From assembly GCA_963666835.2 (NCBI GenBank), contig CAXXGO010000006.1, positions 2,400,001 through 2,464,000 on the forward strand: a stretch of DNA of 64,000 bases. Direction: 5' to 3'. Below, one piece after another: positions 36,940 through 50,733 of the stretch; within the stretch, counting starts at the first letter, position 1; the number at the start of each line of letters is the position of its first letter. The notes beneath the pieces are model-generated. The model saw only the letters and a list, made by a program, of their open reading frames with translations. It searched no databases and was not told the origin of the DNA. Source of the stretch: Phycisphaerae bacterium. GTDB lineage: Bacteria > Planctomycetota > Phycisphaerae > UBA1845. The position numbers were made by a program, and so were the translations under genes.

Positions 36940-37962
36940 ATGGCCAATCAGGGGATTACCGGATGGGCGACGGTACTGACGGGCACGCTGCTTCTGGCCT
37001 TCACGGCGGAGACGGTTGGCGGCGAGAAGGTGTTGCTGAAACGCAAATATGTGGATGGCCGCAGGGTCTACATCGAGCGTAAGCTCGATACCCATCGTGC
37101 GATCACCGGTCTTCCCATCGGAGACGTTGACCAACTGGCCACGGAACTGACCGGGGTCTGGTCGGAAACGTCTTCACTGGATGACGGGGGTGTCCGACTC
37201 GAGCTTGTCTTTGATCGAATGGCGAGAAGTCTGCGCGACGTCGATGACGGGGGCCTCGAATACGACACGGACGATCCAGAGAACGACGAGGCGGCGCCGC
37301 AGTTCAAGGCCATTCTTGAGCCGATGATCGGTATGCCGGTGAGCATGGAGATCGACAAGGACGGCAAAGTCACCGCGTTCACGGGGTTGGACGCGATCAA
37401 CGAAAAAGTATCGCAGACGGCCACCGTAAGCATGCACTGGCAACAGATGCAGCGCGATTTCACGGATGAGCGGGGCCGCAAGACGTGGGGCGAAGACCCC
37501 TTGCTGATCTACCCGGATAAGGAGGTCGAAGTCGGCGACGTCTGGGAGGCGTCAGCATCGTCCGATTCTCCGGATCTTGGTACGATCGCGCGGGAGCATC
37601 GCTTCAAGGCCGAGAAGATCGGCGTTACGAATGGACGGAAGATGCTCCACATTTCGTCAAGCACGAAGGTCTCGCGAGTTGACAGCCCCGAGGATGGTGA
37701 CGGACAGAAGCCGATTGTCGAGGGCACCTTCACCGGGAAAGCCGTCTTTGACGTGGAGCTGGGGATGGTTGTCAAGCGGACCAGCACCGGCAAGCTGAGG
37801 GTCGAGCGGCCGTTCCCGTTCGGCTCCACGGTCATGAAGGCGGCGCTCGAGATGACCAGTTCCGTCTCCGTTCTGAAAGAGGCTGATCGCCGCCGGCAAC
37901 AGCTCGAAGCCCGCAAGAAGACGGAGCAGAGACGCCGCGAGCTTGAAGAGGACGATGGCTGA
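36940..37962 (+). CDS. Secreted beta-rich hypothetical protein (possibly DUF6263-like)
   Basis: Signal peptide; YPDKEVEVGDVW and FDVELGMV motifs; AAGGA RBS. Confidence 0.6.
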   Translation: MANQGITGWATVLTGTLLLAFTAETVGGEKVLLKRKYVDGRRVYIERKLDTHRAITGLPIGDVDQLATELTGVWSETSSLDDGGVRLELVFDRMARSLRDVDDGGLEYDTDDPENDEAAPQFKAILEPMIGMPVSMEIDKDGKVTAFTGLDAINEKVSQTATVSMHWQQMQRDFTDERGRKTWGEDPLLIYPDKEVEVGDVWEASASSDSPDLGTIAREHRFKAEKIGVTNGRKMLHISSSTKVSRVDSPEDGDGQKPIVEGTFTGKAVFDVELGMVVKRTSTGKLRVERPFPFGSTVMKAALEMTSSVSVLKEADRRRQQLEARKKTEQRRRELEEDDG

Positions 37963-38057
37963 TTGAGCGAGAGTGACCCGCCGGCGGACCGGATGCACCG
38001 GCGCATGTCCCCGGCGGCGGCTCCGATGGTTTCACGAGACGATGTTCCCCCGAAGGG

Positions 38058-39401
38058 ATGAATTCTGCAATGAAGAGACTTATTAACGGAAGGGCCGGGC
38101 GGATTGCGGTTGTCTGTGGGCTTGCCGCGTCGGGTTGGATCGTCGCGGCTTCGGCTTCGGCGGGCGAAGACTGGAAGAAGTGGGGCGGGCCGAACGCCGA
38201 TTTCACAGTCGATGTGAAGGGATTGGCGAAGAAGTGGCCGCAAGAAGGGGCCCCTAAACTGTGGGAACGGGAGCTGGGCGACGGCTACTCCTCGATTACC
38301 AGCGACGGCCGGACTCTGTATACGATGTATTGGGCACCGGACGAATCCGCCGCGGATGCGGAGGGAAAGGACGAAGAGGCCGCAAAGCGCGCAGGCAGCG
38401 AGGTCGTCGTTGCCCTCGATGCCGCGACAGGTAAGACGGTATGGGAATATCGCTATCCGGCCTCGTGGTCGGCCGACATGGACTTGCGGTTCGGCCCCGG
38501 TCCGAACTCGACGCCGCTGATCGTGGGCGATCGCCTTTTCACCGTTGGGGCGACGGCGAAAATGGCCTGCCTGGATCGCCAGACCGGACGGAAGATCTGG
38601 GAACACGATCTGGTCAAGGAGCTCGGCGCCGCAACGATGCACTATGGCTATGGTGCCAGCCATGTGTCATACAAGGACAAGGTTATCCTCCCAATTGGTG
38701 GTGAAGGGAGGGGTCTCGTGGCTTTCAGGATGAGCGACGGCGAGGTGGCCTGGAAGAGGCACGACTTCGCCCCTGCTTGGGCGACTCCGCTTCTGATCGA
38801 TCTTGACGGCGAGGACCAGTTGGTTGTGGTCCTGCAACACGGGGTGGCGGGGCTCAACCCCGATAACGGAGACCTGATCTGGCGCCACGACGGACACCAA
38901 GGCTCGTACATCAGCACTCCAATCTGGGGTGACGACAACATCCTTTTCGTCTCCGGAGCTTACGGGGTTGGTGCCCGGGGGATCAAGCTGACCAGAAGCG
39001 ACGGCAAGACGAACGCGGAGGAGCTGTGGTACAACCCGAAGATGAAGGTCATGCACGGCAGCGCCGTGCGGGTCGGGGATGTCGTGTACGGCTCCAGCGG
39101 AGATTTCGGCCCGACGTTCATCGGTGCTATCGACGTCAAGACCGGTGAGATGCTCTGGAGGAAGCGCGGCTTCTCGAAGGCCAACTGTATATGGACGGGC
39201 GAGAGACTGATCATCCTCGACGAAGACGGCAATCTCGCCCTGGCGAAGCCCACGCCGGATAAGCTCAAAGTCCGCTCCAAATGCGCCGTCTGTACGCGGA
39301 ACTCCTGGACTTCACCCACGTTGATCCGCGACCGGCTGTACCTCCGCGATCGCCGCAATATAATGGCCCTGGATTTGAGCGAGCCCAAAGACACGCCCTG
39401 A
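38058..39401 (+). CDS. Secreted PQQ/BamB-like beta-propeller protein (P10, same subfamily as P2-P7)
   Basis: ASA-GEDWKKWGGP, LWERELGDGYSS, GPNSTP and SPTL..LYLRDR..IMALDL. Confidence 0.88.
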   Translation: MNSAMKRLINGRAGRIAVVCGLAASGWIVAASASAGEDWKKWGGPNADFTVDVKGLAKKWPQEGAPKLWERELGDGYSSITSDGRTLYTMYWAPDESAADAEGKDEEAAKRAGSEVVVALDAATGKTVWEYRYPASWSADMDLRFGPGPNSTPLIVGDRLFTVGATAKMACLDRQTGRKIWEHDLVKELGAATMHYGYGASHVSYKDKVILPIGGEGRGLVAFRMSDGEVAWKRHDFAPAWATPLLIDLDGEDQLVVVLQHGVAGLNPDNGDLIWRHDGHQGSYISTPIWGDDNILFVSGAYGVGARGIKLTRSDGKTNAEELWYNPKMKVMHGSAVRVGDVVYGSSGDFGPTFIGAIDVKTGEMLWRKRGFSKANCIWTGERLIILDEDGNLALAKPTPDKLKVRSKCAVCTRNSWTSPTLIRDRLYLRDRRNIMALDLSEPKDTP

Positions 39402-39529
39402 GTGTTACGGCGCGGCTCGTTACGTTCTGGTTATGACGTGTTATTGTCATGTAACGTGTGTTGTGGGGGTTGAACGGCCGGCGCGGGCTGCGGTGTCCTC
39501 GACGCTGGTACATTGCGGAGAACAAGATC

Positions 39530-39919
39530 ATGACGACGGATCGGCAAGAAGGCAACGCCGAAGGGGAGACGTTGATTTTTACTTGTGCGGGAGCGGCGCA
39601 CGCCGGCCAGGTGGCCAACCGTGCCGGGGTCCAACTCCGTCAGGAGCAGGCCGGGGCGCTCTTCTGTGTGGTCGCGGTAGCGGCGGACGTGCCGGACAAG
39701 GTCGAACGCACGCGCAAGGCTGCCCGCCGCGTAATAATCGATGGATGTGACGACCGTTGTTGCCGCAAGGTCATGGACAAGGCCGGCATGCCGGTCGATT
39801 TGGATGTGCTGGTCACGGATCTTGGAATCGAGAAACAGCCGGATCAGCCGAGCCTGATTAATGACTCCAAGAAGGTTGTGGAGCACGTGAAGGCTCGCCT
39901 GGGTGGTTCGGCGGCTTGA
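39530..39919 (+). CDS. DGC-domain putative zinc-binding protein
   Basis: CAGAAHAGQ...FC...IDGC...CC pattern; GGAG RBS before ATG 39530. Confidence 0.8.
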   Translation: MTTDRQEGNAEGETLIFTCAGAAHAGQVANRAGVQLRQEQAGALFCVVAVAADVPDKVERTRKAARRVIIDGCDDRCCRKVMDKAGMPVDLDVLVTDLGIEKQPDQPSLINDSKKVVEHVKARLGGSAA

Positions 39920-40045
39920 CCGCGGTCAGCGCCGCTGGTCGTGCCCGGTTCGGCTTGGTCCCCTTGGCACGCTGCCTGACCGGCCGGTGGTAGGTTTGCG
40001 GAACTTGGTGATCCGCTCGGCCTTTGCATGTGGAGATTGGAAGCC

Positions 40046-41251
40046 ATGCCAGAAGCGAAACGAGATAACGCCTTGCTCGTTGTGTCTCTGATCGTGGGAT
40101 TGTGCTCGGGGGCGACGTTCGCGGATTGGCCCAACTTTCGCGGCGCTCGCCATGACGGCATAAGCCTGGAGAAGAACCTGAAAACCGCGTGGACCGCTGC
40201 GCCGTCGGCTGTGTGGGACAAGTCGGTCGGTTCCGCGTTCAGCTCCTTTGCATGCGTGGGTGACCGGGTTTTCACGTGTGGAACGGCAAAGGGACGCCAG
40301 GTTGCTCTTTGCCTCAATGCCGATACGGGAGAGACCATCTGGCAAGTGCCGATCGAGGAGGCGTATTCCGAGGACGCGGGAGGAGACGGGCCGCGAGCCA
40401 CGCCCACCATCGACCAAGACCGCGTTTACGTCCTCGGAGCTCTCGGAACGCTGCTTTGCCTCGGCAGCGACACCGGTGAGCAGGTCTGGAAGTCGCGTCT
40501 TACCAATCCGCCGCAATGGGGGTACAGCGGGTCGGTTCTGATTGAAGGCGATCTGGCGATCGCTACCGGAGGGCGCGGCGATGGAGCGTTGGTTGCCTTC
40601 GACAAGATGACCGGCAAGGTAGCCTGGCGCTGCGGCGACGACATTGCCGGGTATGCGACTCCGTACCCCTTCGTTTTCGGCGGGCAGAAGTACATCGTCG
40701 GTTTCACCGGTACGTCAGCGCTGATCGCGGAGGCGAAATCCGGTCGCGAGGTCTGGCGCATGCCCTGGAAGACCGATTGGGACGTCAACGCGGCCGCGCC
40801 GATCTTCTATGAAGGACACCTCTTCCTTTCATCCGGCTACGATACCGGGTGTGCGCTTTTCAAACTGAGCAAAGACGGAGAGCGCATCGCCGCGAAGGAG
40901 GTCTGGCGTAGCAAGGTGCTGATGAGCAAGTTCCAGTCGTGCATTCTGCATGACGGCAGACTCTACGCGAGCGATCAGAAGGCCCTGGTCTGCGTGGACT
41001 TCATGACCGGCAAGGAGAACTGGAGGATCCGGCGAATCAAACACGGTACCGTGGTCCTCGCCGACGGCCACCTGTTCGTACTTACTGAGAAGGGACGGCT
41101 TCAGATTGCCAAGGTCGATCCCGCCGGTTTCCAACCGACCGCCGACGTGCCGATTCTCGACGGACGTTGTTGGACCGTTCCTGTTCTTCATCGCGGAAAG
41201 CTGTATGCGCGCAACCTCGAGCGTGTGGTCTGCCTGGACCTGAGCCGGTGA
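40046..41251 (+). CDS. Secreted PQQ/BamB-like beta-propeller protein (P11)
   Basis: TFA-DWPNFRG, GPRATP, WGYSGS and CWTVPVL..GKLYARN. Confidence 0.88.
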   Translation: MPEAKRDNALLVVSLIVGLCSGATFADWPNFRGARHDGISLEKNLKTAWTAAPSAVWDKSVGSAFSSFACVGDRVFTCGTAKGRQVALCLNADTGETIWQVPIEEAYSEDAGGDGPRATPTIDQDRVYVLGALGTLLCLGSDTGEQVWKSRLTNPPQWGYSGSVLIEGDLAIATGGRGDGALVAFDKMTGKVAWRCGDDIAGYATPYPFVFGGQKYIVGFTGTSALIAEAKSGREVWRMPWKTDWDVNAAAPIFYEGHLFLSSGYDTGCALFKLSKDGERIAAKEVWRSKVLMSKFQSCILHDGRLYASDQKALVCVDFMTGKENWRIRRIKHGTVVLADGHLFVLTEKGRLQIAKVDPAGFQPTADVPILDGRCWTVPVLHRGKLYARNLERVVCLDLSR

Positions 41252-41446
41252 TCGCAGACGGGTTGGAAACCGCGCAGCGCCAAGCCCGGATGCTCCGGAC
41301 AAGTTCTGACATGCGTGCCGGTTGATAGTGCGGTTAGCGGTGCGAAATCGAGTATGGTGTCCGGCGAGGTTTCTGTGCGCGCGGGTCGGCACCGATTGCT
41401 GTACTGAACGAGAGAACGAAGGAGCTATTGGGAGGGAAGCACTTTG

Positions 41447-42802
41447 ATGTCAACGCGAAACGGCGTTCTTGCGGTAGTCGCTATTGTTGGTCTTGCCGCG
41501 CTTTCGCAGAGCCTGACTGCGGCGCCGCCGAACTGGCCGCAGTTCCGCGGTCCCGGCGCCTCTGGGATCGCCGATGGCACTGACGCTCCGGTGACCTGGA
41601 ACGCGGAGAAAGGGACCAACATCCGCTGGAAGACACCCATTCCCGGCCTGGCCCACTCGTCACCGATCGTTTGGGGTGATCGAGTGTTCGTTACCTCGGC
41701 CGTCAGCAGCGACCCGGACCCATACCTGCGTACGGGGCTCTATGGAGAGAGTCCGGAGCATCCGGAACAGCTTATTCACGATTTCCGGGTGTATTGTCTC
41801 GATAGATCAACGGGAAAGATCATCTGGGACAAAGTAGCCCACAGTGGCATTCCGCAGGTCAAACGACATGTCAAGTCCAGCCATGCCAACAGCACTCCAG
41901 CCACTGATGGCAAGCATGTGGTCGCGTTTTTCGGGTCGGAGGGGCTGTATTGCTACGATATGGACGGCAATCTGATCTGGAAGAAGGACCTCGGCTATCT
42001 GGACGCCGGGGCGTTCAATGCGCCTTCTATTCAGTGGGCTTTCGGCAGCTCGCCGATCGTCCATAACGGTCAGGTCATCGTGCAGTGCGATGTGAACAAC
42101 CAGTCGTTTATTGCCGCCTTTGACGTCAACACCGGCGCAGAGAAATGGCGCACGTTGCGCGATAGCTCCCCGAGCTGGGCAACGCCGACCGTTCACGAAA
42201 GCGCTGGGGGCAGCCAGGTTATCGTGAACGGCTATACCCACATGGGCGGCTACGATCTGAAGACCGGGGCGGAGCTGTGGCAACTTTCCGGCGGCGGCGA
42301 TATCCCCATACCTACGCCCTATGTTGCTCACGGGTTGGTCTACATCACCAACGCGCACGGGCCCGCCTCGCCGGTTCTCGCGATTCGCGTGGGAGCCCGC
42401 GGCGACATCTCGTTGAAGGCCGGCGAGAAGTCCAACGAGTTCGTGGCCTGGAGCCTGCCCAAGCGGGGGGCGTACCTGCCGACGACTATCGTGTACGGCG
42501 ACCTGCTATACGTAGGAAACGACCGCGGTATTCTGTCCTGCTATGATGCGCAGTCAGGCGAGAAGGTCTACCGGGAGCGCTTGGCCGGGGCGCGGAGCGC
42601 TTACTCCGCCTCTCCCGTAGGTGCCGGTGGAAAGCTGTATTTCACGAGCGAAGACGGGGATATCCATGTGGTCAAGGCCGGTCCCGAATACGACCTTCTC
42701 GCGTCGAACCCGATAGGCGAGCCGTGTCTGGCCACCCCCGCTATTGCCGACGGCATGATCTTTGTACGATCGGCTAAGCATCTGTACGGTATCGGCGGCT
42801 GA
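41447..42802 (+). CDS. Secreted PQQ-like beta-propeller protein (P12)
   Basis: Signal peptide; NWPQFRGP, HSSPIVWGDRVF, SHANSTPATDG and ATPAIADG. Confidence 0.88.
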   Translation: MSTRNGVLAVVAIVGLAALSQSLTAAPPNWPQFRGPGASGIADGTDAPVTWNAEKGTNIRWKTPIPGLAHSSPIVWGDRVFVTSAVSSDPDPYLRTGLYGESPEHPEQLIHDFRVYCLDRSTGKIIWDKVAHSGIPQVKRHVKSSHANSTPATDGKHVVAFFGSEGLYCYDMDGNLIWKKDLGYLDAGAFNAPSIQWAFGSSPIVHNGQVIVQCDVNNQSFIAAFDVNTGAEKWRTLRDSSPSWATPTVHESAGGSQVIVNGYTHMGGYDLKTGAELWQLSGGGDIPIPTPYVAHGLVYITNAHGPASPVLAIRVGARGDISLKAGEKSNEFVAWSLPKRGAYLPTTIVYGDLLYVGNDRGILSCYDAQSGEKVYRERLAGARSAYSASPVGAGGKLYFTSEDGDIHVVKAGPEYDLLASNPIGEPCLATPAIADGMIFVRSAKHLYGIGG

Positions 42803-42998
42803 TGTGATCCGCGATGCGGATACATCGGCCGGCGAGTCCGGCGTTGTTTTGATGAGAGCTCCGCGTTTAAGGACTTGTCGTAGCGCCGGTGACGGATCGC
42901 GACAAGTTTCGACAATGCACCTAAAGAGGATGATCGAGAAAGTACCTTAAAATAGGCGTTTTCCCGAGGCGGGGACCTGCGCACCGTTGACTCTGCCG

Positions 42999-43029
42999 GT
43001 GCGGGGTTTCGCCCTTTGATTTCGGATTG
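42999..43029 (+). promoter_or_regulatory. Candidate ECF-sigma promoter, copy 1
   Basis: GTGCGGGG-N10-TGATTTCGGATTG, about 105 nt upstream of ATG 43136. It matches 44958-44988 with identical spacing. Confidence 0.55.
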
Positions 43030-43135
43030 TTGTTACGGAGGATCCACTTGCGGATCTGGTGAGGCGAGTCGACTGACTCGGAACAACCTTGATGACTCGT
43101 TCCGCGTTCTGCGGAGCTTGCGAGGAGAAACGGTG

Positions 43136-43888
43136 ATGAGATATGTGGTCTGTATTCTGTTGAGTCTGGCGTTCGTGTCGGCGACGGCCTACGCCGGGGA
43201 CGCAAAGCCCGGTGAGCTGACCGACCCAACCGAGATTCTCAAGCGTGCCGATGCCGCCTGTAAGGCGGTCAAAACCGTCAAGTATGACCTGGCCTTCGAG
43301 GTGCTCGGAGCGGATGCGGCCCGGTCTCCCAAGACCGCGGCAACCGTACTCGTCTCGGGGTTTGCCTATAACAGTCCCGAGAAGTTCTACATTGACATGA
43401 AGATTACCGAGCCGGGAGCCTCCGAGCGACCTTGGTTCACCGCGGGCGGCGATGGCGACATGTTCTTCGCGGTCGACCACGATGCTAAGAAGGCCTACGA
43501 GGACATCGACCCACAGGTAGTCGGGTCGTTCGGGGACCGGATTCGGCGGTTTGCGCTAATGGTCGAGTTCCTTGTGGGTGAGCCATTCAGAGACGAGATC
43601 AACGGCAAGTCCCGGGAGTTTACGGGCAGTGAGGTCATAAACGGCGAGGATTGCTACGTGGTCCACGTGGTTTACGCCACGGAACGCGAGCAGTCCGCAG
43701 TCTGGTATTTCTCGAAAAAGGACTTCCTCCCCCGGCGTCGCGTCGACGAATACCCCCGTCCCAACGCTCAGCCGTTCAGGCAACAGAAGACGGTTGCCAA
43801 CTTGGACGTTCATCCGAAGCTCGACGAGGATGCCTTCAAGCTGAAACTGCCGGAGGGGTACGCGAAGACGGATGATTTCGCCCCCTGA
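43136..43888 (+). CDS. Secreted LolA-like protein, paralog of 21620-22387
   Basis: GAGGAG RBS, signal peptide AYA; WYFSKKDFLPRRR; ends F.L.LP.GY.KTDDFAP, the same KTDDFAP terminus as the paralog. Confidence 0.55.
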   Translation: MRYVVCILLSLAFVSATAYAGDAKPGELTDPTEILKRADAACKAVKTVKYDLAFEVLGADAARSPKTAATVLVSGFAYNSPEKFYIDMKITEPGASERPWFTAGGDGDMFFAVDHDAKKAYEDIDPQVVGSFGDRIRRFALMVEFLVGEPFRDEINGKSREFTGSEVINGEDCYVVHVVYATEREQSAVWYFSKKDFLPRRRVDEYPRPNAQPFRQQKTVANLDVHPKLDEDAFKLKLPEGYAKTDDFAP

Positions 43889-44322
43889 CAATGAGAACCA
43901 CGGTCGGCGGCGGCGGTCTTTCCTTCTCCCGTGCGCCGTCGACCGCGGACCTCTTTCCACTTCTTCTTTCAGACCGAACATGCATCACCCGGCCGTGTAG
44001 ATAGGGCTTGGCGACGGTGGGTGATGCATGCTCGGTCGTATTGTTCCGTTGTGCGCCGCGGCGAGCGGTTTCGACATGCAAAGGACGGTCGGCGCATATC
44101 GGACCATCAGCCGGGTGTGCCCAATGCGGTGTGCTTACGAGCGCATATTCCGCGCGACCGCTGTATTCTCTTGTGGCGCACCCGTATCTTCCCCTACAAT
44201 AGTAGTGTACTCGTGACTACAATGGCTCACGGTACAGGAATGCGGCGGCCCAAGAGCGGTTGCTCATGGATTGGCAGGGGGCATGAGTGGCTCCGCGGGC
44301 TGAATCTACCGGTGGGGGGTGT

Positions 44323-44901
44323 ATGCCGGGCGACCAAGACAAGCCGGTTACTCGCGCGCTATACGCGGCTCTTCATGGCGATCCGAGGGCCGCGGAGAGA
44401 CTTCTGCCTTTGGTCTACGACGAGCTGAGGGCACTCGCCCGGGCAAGGCTCAAGAAGATCCCTCCAGGCCAGACCCTTCAGCCTACCGCTTTGGTCCATG
44501 AAGCCTACCTCCGTGTAGTTGGAAGTGAGGATCCCGGTTGGGACGGACGAGGTCATTTCTTTGCCGCTGCGGCGCGGGCGATGCGCGATATTCTCGTGGA
44601 GCATGCCCGCCGAAAGACAGCCAAAAAACGCGGGGGAGACCGTCAACGAGTTTCCGCAGAACAAGTGGAGCCGACCATGGAACCACCCTCTGAAGACATT
44701 TTAGCCGTCGATGAAGCAGTGAAACGCTTGGAGCGGGATGACCCCCGCAAGGGGCAGATCGTCAACCTCCGATACTTCGCCAGGCTGACCACCGCGGAGA
44801 CGGCCGAAGCCCTGGGCGTGTCCGTCGGCACGGTTGAACGCGAGTGGCGATATATTCGGGCGTGGCTACAGCGGGAATTGACGTGTGACGATCCTGGTTA
44901 G
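44323..44901 (+). CDS. ECF RNA polymerase sigma factor of the kinase-associated Planctomycetes/Verrucomicrobia type
   Basis: LLPLVYDELR, TLQPTALVHEAYLR, HFFAAAARAMR..KRGG, and region 4 LRYF..T..ETA.ALGVS..TVEREW. Confidence 0.93.
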   Translation: MPGDQDKPVTRALYAALHGDPRAAERLLPLVYDELRALARARLKKIPPGQTLQPTALVHEAYLRVVGSEDPGWDGRGHFFAAAARAMRDILVEHARRKTAKKRGGDRQRVSAEQVEPTMEPPSEDILAVDEAVKRLERDDPRKGQIVNLRYFARLTTAETAEALGVSVGTVEREWRYIRAWLQRELTCDDPG

Positions 44902-44957
44902 AGGCTTAGGCGGTCGGGCGGTGCTTCCAAGTCTCTACGCTGGGGAATCCGAACAAC

Positions 44958-44988
44958 GTGCAGGGATCACGACGCTGATCTCGGATTG
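44958..44988 (+). promoter_or_regulatory. Candidate ECF-sigma promoter, copy 2
   Basis: GTGCAGGG-N10-TGATCTCGGATTG, about 70 nt upstream of kinase ATG 45060. Confidence 0.55.
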
Positions 44989-45059
44989 GATAATGGGCGG
45001 ATTGTGCGCGTTGCGACCGAATGGGAAGTCCGCATGTCGTTGCGCCTTGGAGTAGCCGG

Positions 45060-48953
<3,894 letters not shown>

Positions 48954-49141
48954 AGACCGGCGGGTCCGGCTTCTTCCGGGAATTTGAACATCAGGACGGC
49001 TCGGGCGACCTATCGGACGGCGGTTGCAGAACTCTCGGCATCCCGCGAGGAGTCCGCACGAGGAGCGCACTTCAGCCGCCTCCGACGTGGCGCAGTCGTT
49101 ACACCAAAGACGCCGGCAGCAACAATGCTGACGGCGGTGCG

Positions 49142-49597
49142 TCAGCTTTGGTAACGTTCAATGGCGGCGAAGAGTTCGTCCGCGGTTGTCGCCTGGGCCA
49201 TCGCCACTCGGAATCCGTTGGTCTGCCAGAGGCGACTGACGTGGGCCAGCGCCTGAATGTGCGGGCCCGTCTGGTCCGCCGGACTGGCCAGCATCGCCAC
49301 CACGGTTACCGGACGCCCGTCAGCGCTGTCGAACTCGATCGGTTCGGCCGCCTTACCCAGCGCCATTACGAGATTACGACAAGAGGCCGGTTTCCCGTGC
49401 GGCACGGCTAAGCCAAGCCCGATTCCGGTTGAGCGGGTCTGCTCGCGGGCGAGGATGGTCTGCAGGAAGTCCTCGCGGTCCGCAGCGTGGCCGGCTTCAC
49501 AAAGCACATCGACCAGCTCCGCGATGACCGCGTTCTTCTCGGTCGCCTTCAGGGGGACCCGTACACACTGCCGTTCGAGTATCTCCGTTATCTTCAT
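49142..49597 (-). CDS. PTS EIIA (fructose/nitrogen-type)
   Basis: RE...STGIG.GLAVPHG phospho-His motif and FDSADGRPV. Confidence 0.9.
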   Translation of the reverse strand: MKITEILERQCVRVPLKATEKNAVIAELVDVLCEAGHAADREDFLQTILAREQTRSTGIGLGLAVPHGKPASCRNLVMALGKAAEPIEFDSADGRPVTVVAMLASPADQTGPHIQALAHVSRLWQTNGFRVAMAQATTADELFAAIERYQS

Positions 49598-49752
49598 CGA
49601 GGTTGCTTCGTCTCGCTGGAGGAGCAGGTCAAACAGAAAAGTCCATTCTCGGCGACCATCGCCGAATCTCATTCTCCGCGTAGAGTAGTCGCCGGACCGC
49701 AGCTCCGCAATGCGATCCAACACCGCTTGGCCAAGCCGGGTTTCCTCGGGTT

Positions 49753-50634
<882 letters not shown>

Positions 50635-50733
50635 TGTCCGACAGCCCCCCGTAGTGTGCTCAGTGACACCCGACATCACCGCTCGGTGCCTCCACCTTGA
50701 TAATAGCCTCCAGTCGAGCCGGGGCCAACCGGA

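Noticed and set aside
18966..42802. Naming the propellers bamB or a specific PQQ dehydrogenase
   Set aside because: Most lack a lipobox, there is no bamA/der context, and I identified no catalytic motifs.
43889..44322. Small gene or ncRNA upstream of the ECF gene
   Set aside because: The ORFs lack an RBS and motifs, and there is no recognisable RNA structure. It is probably a promoter region.
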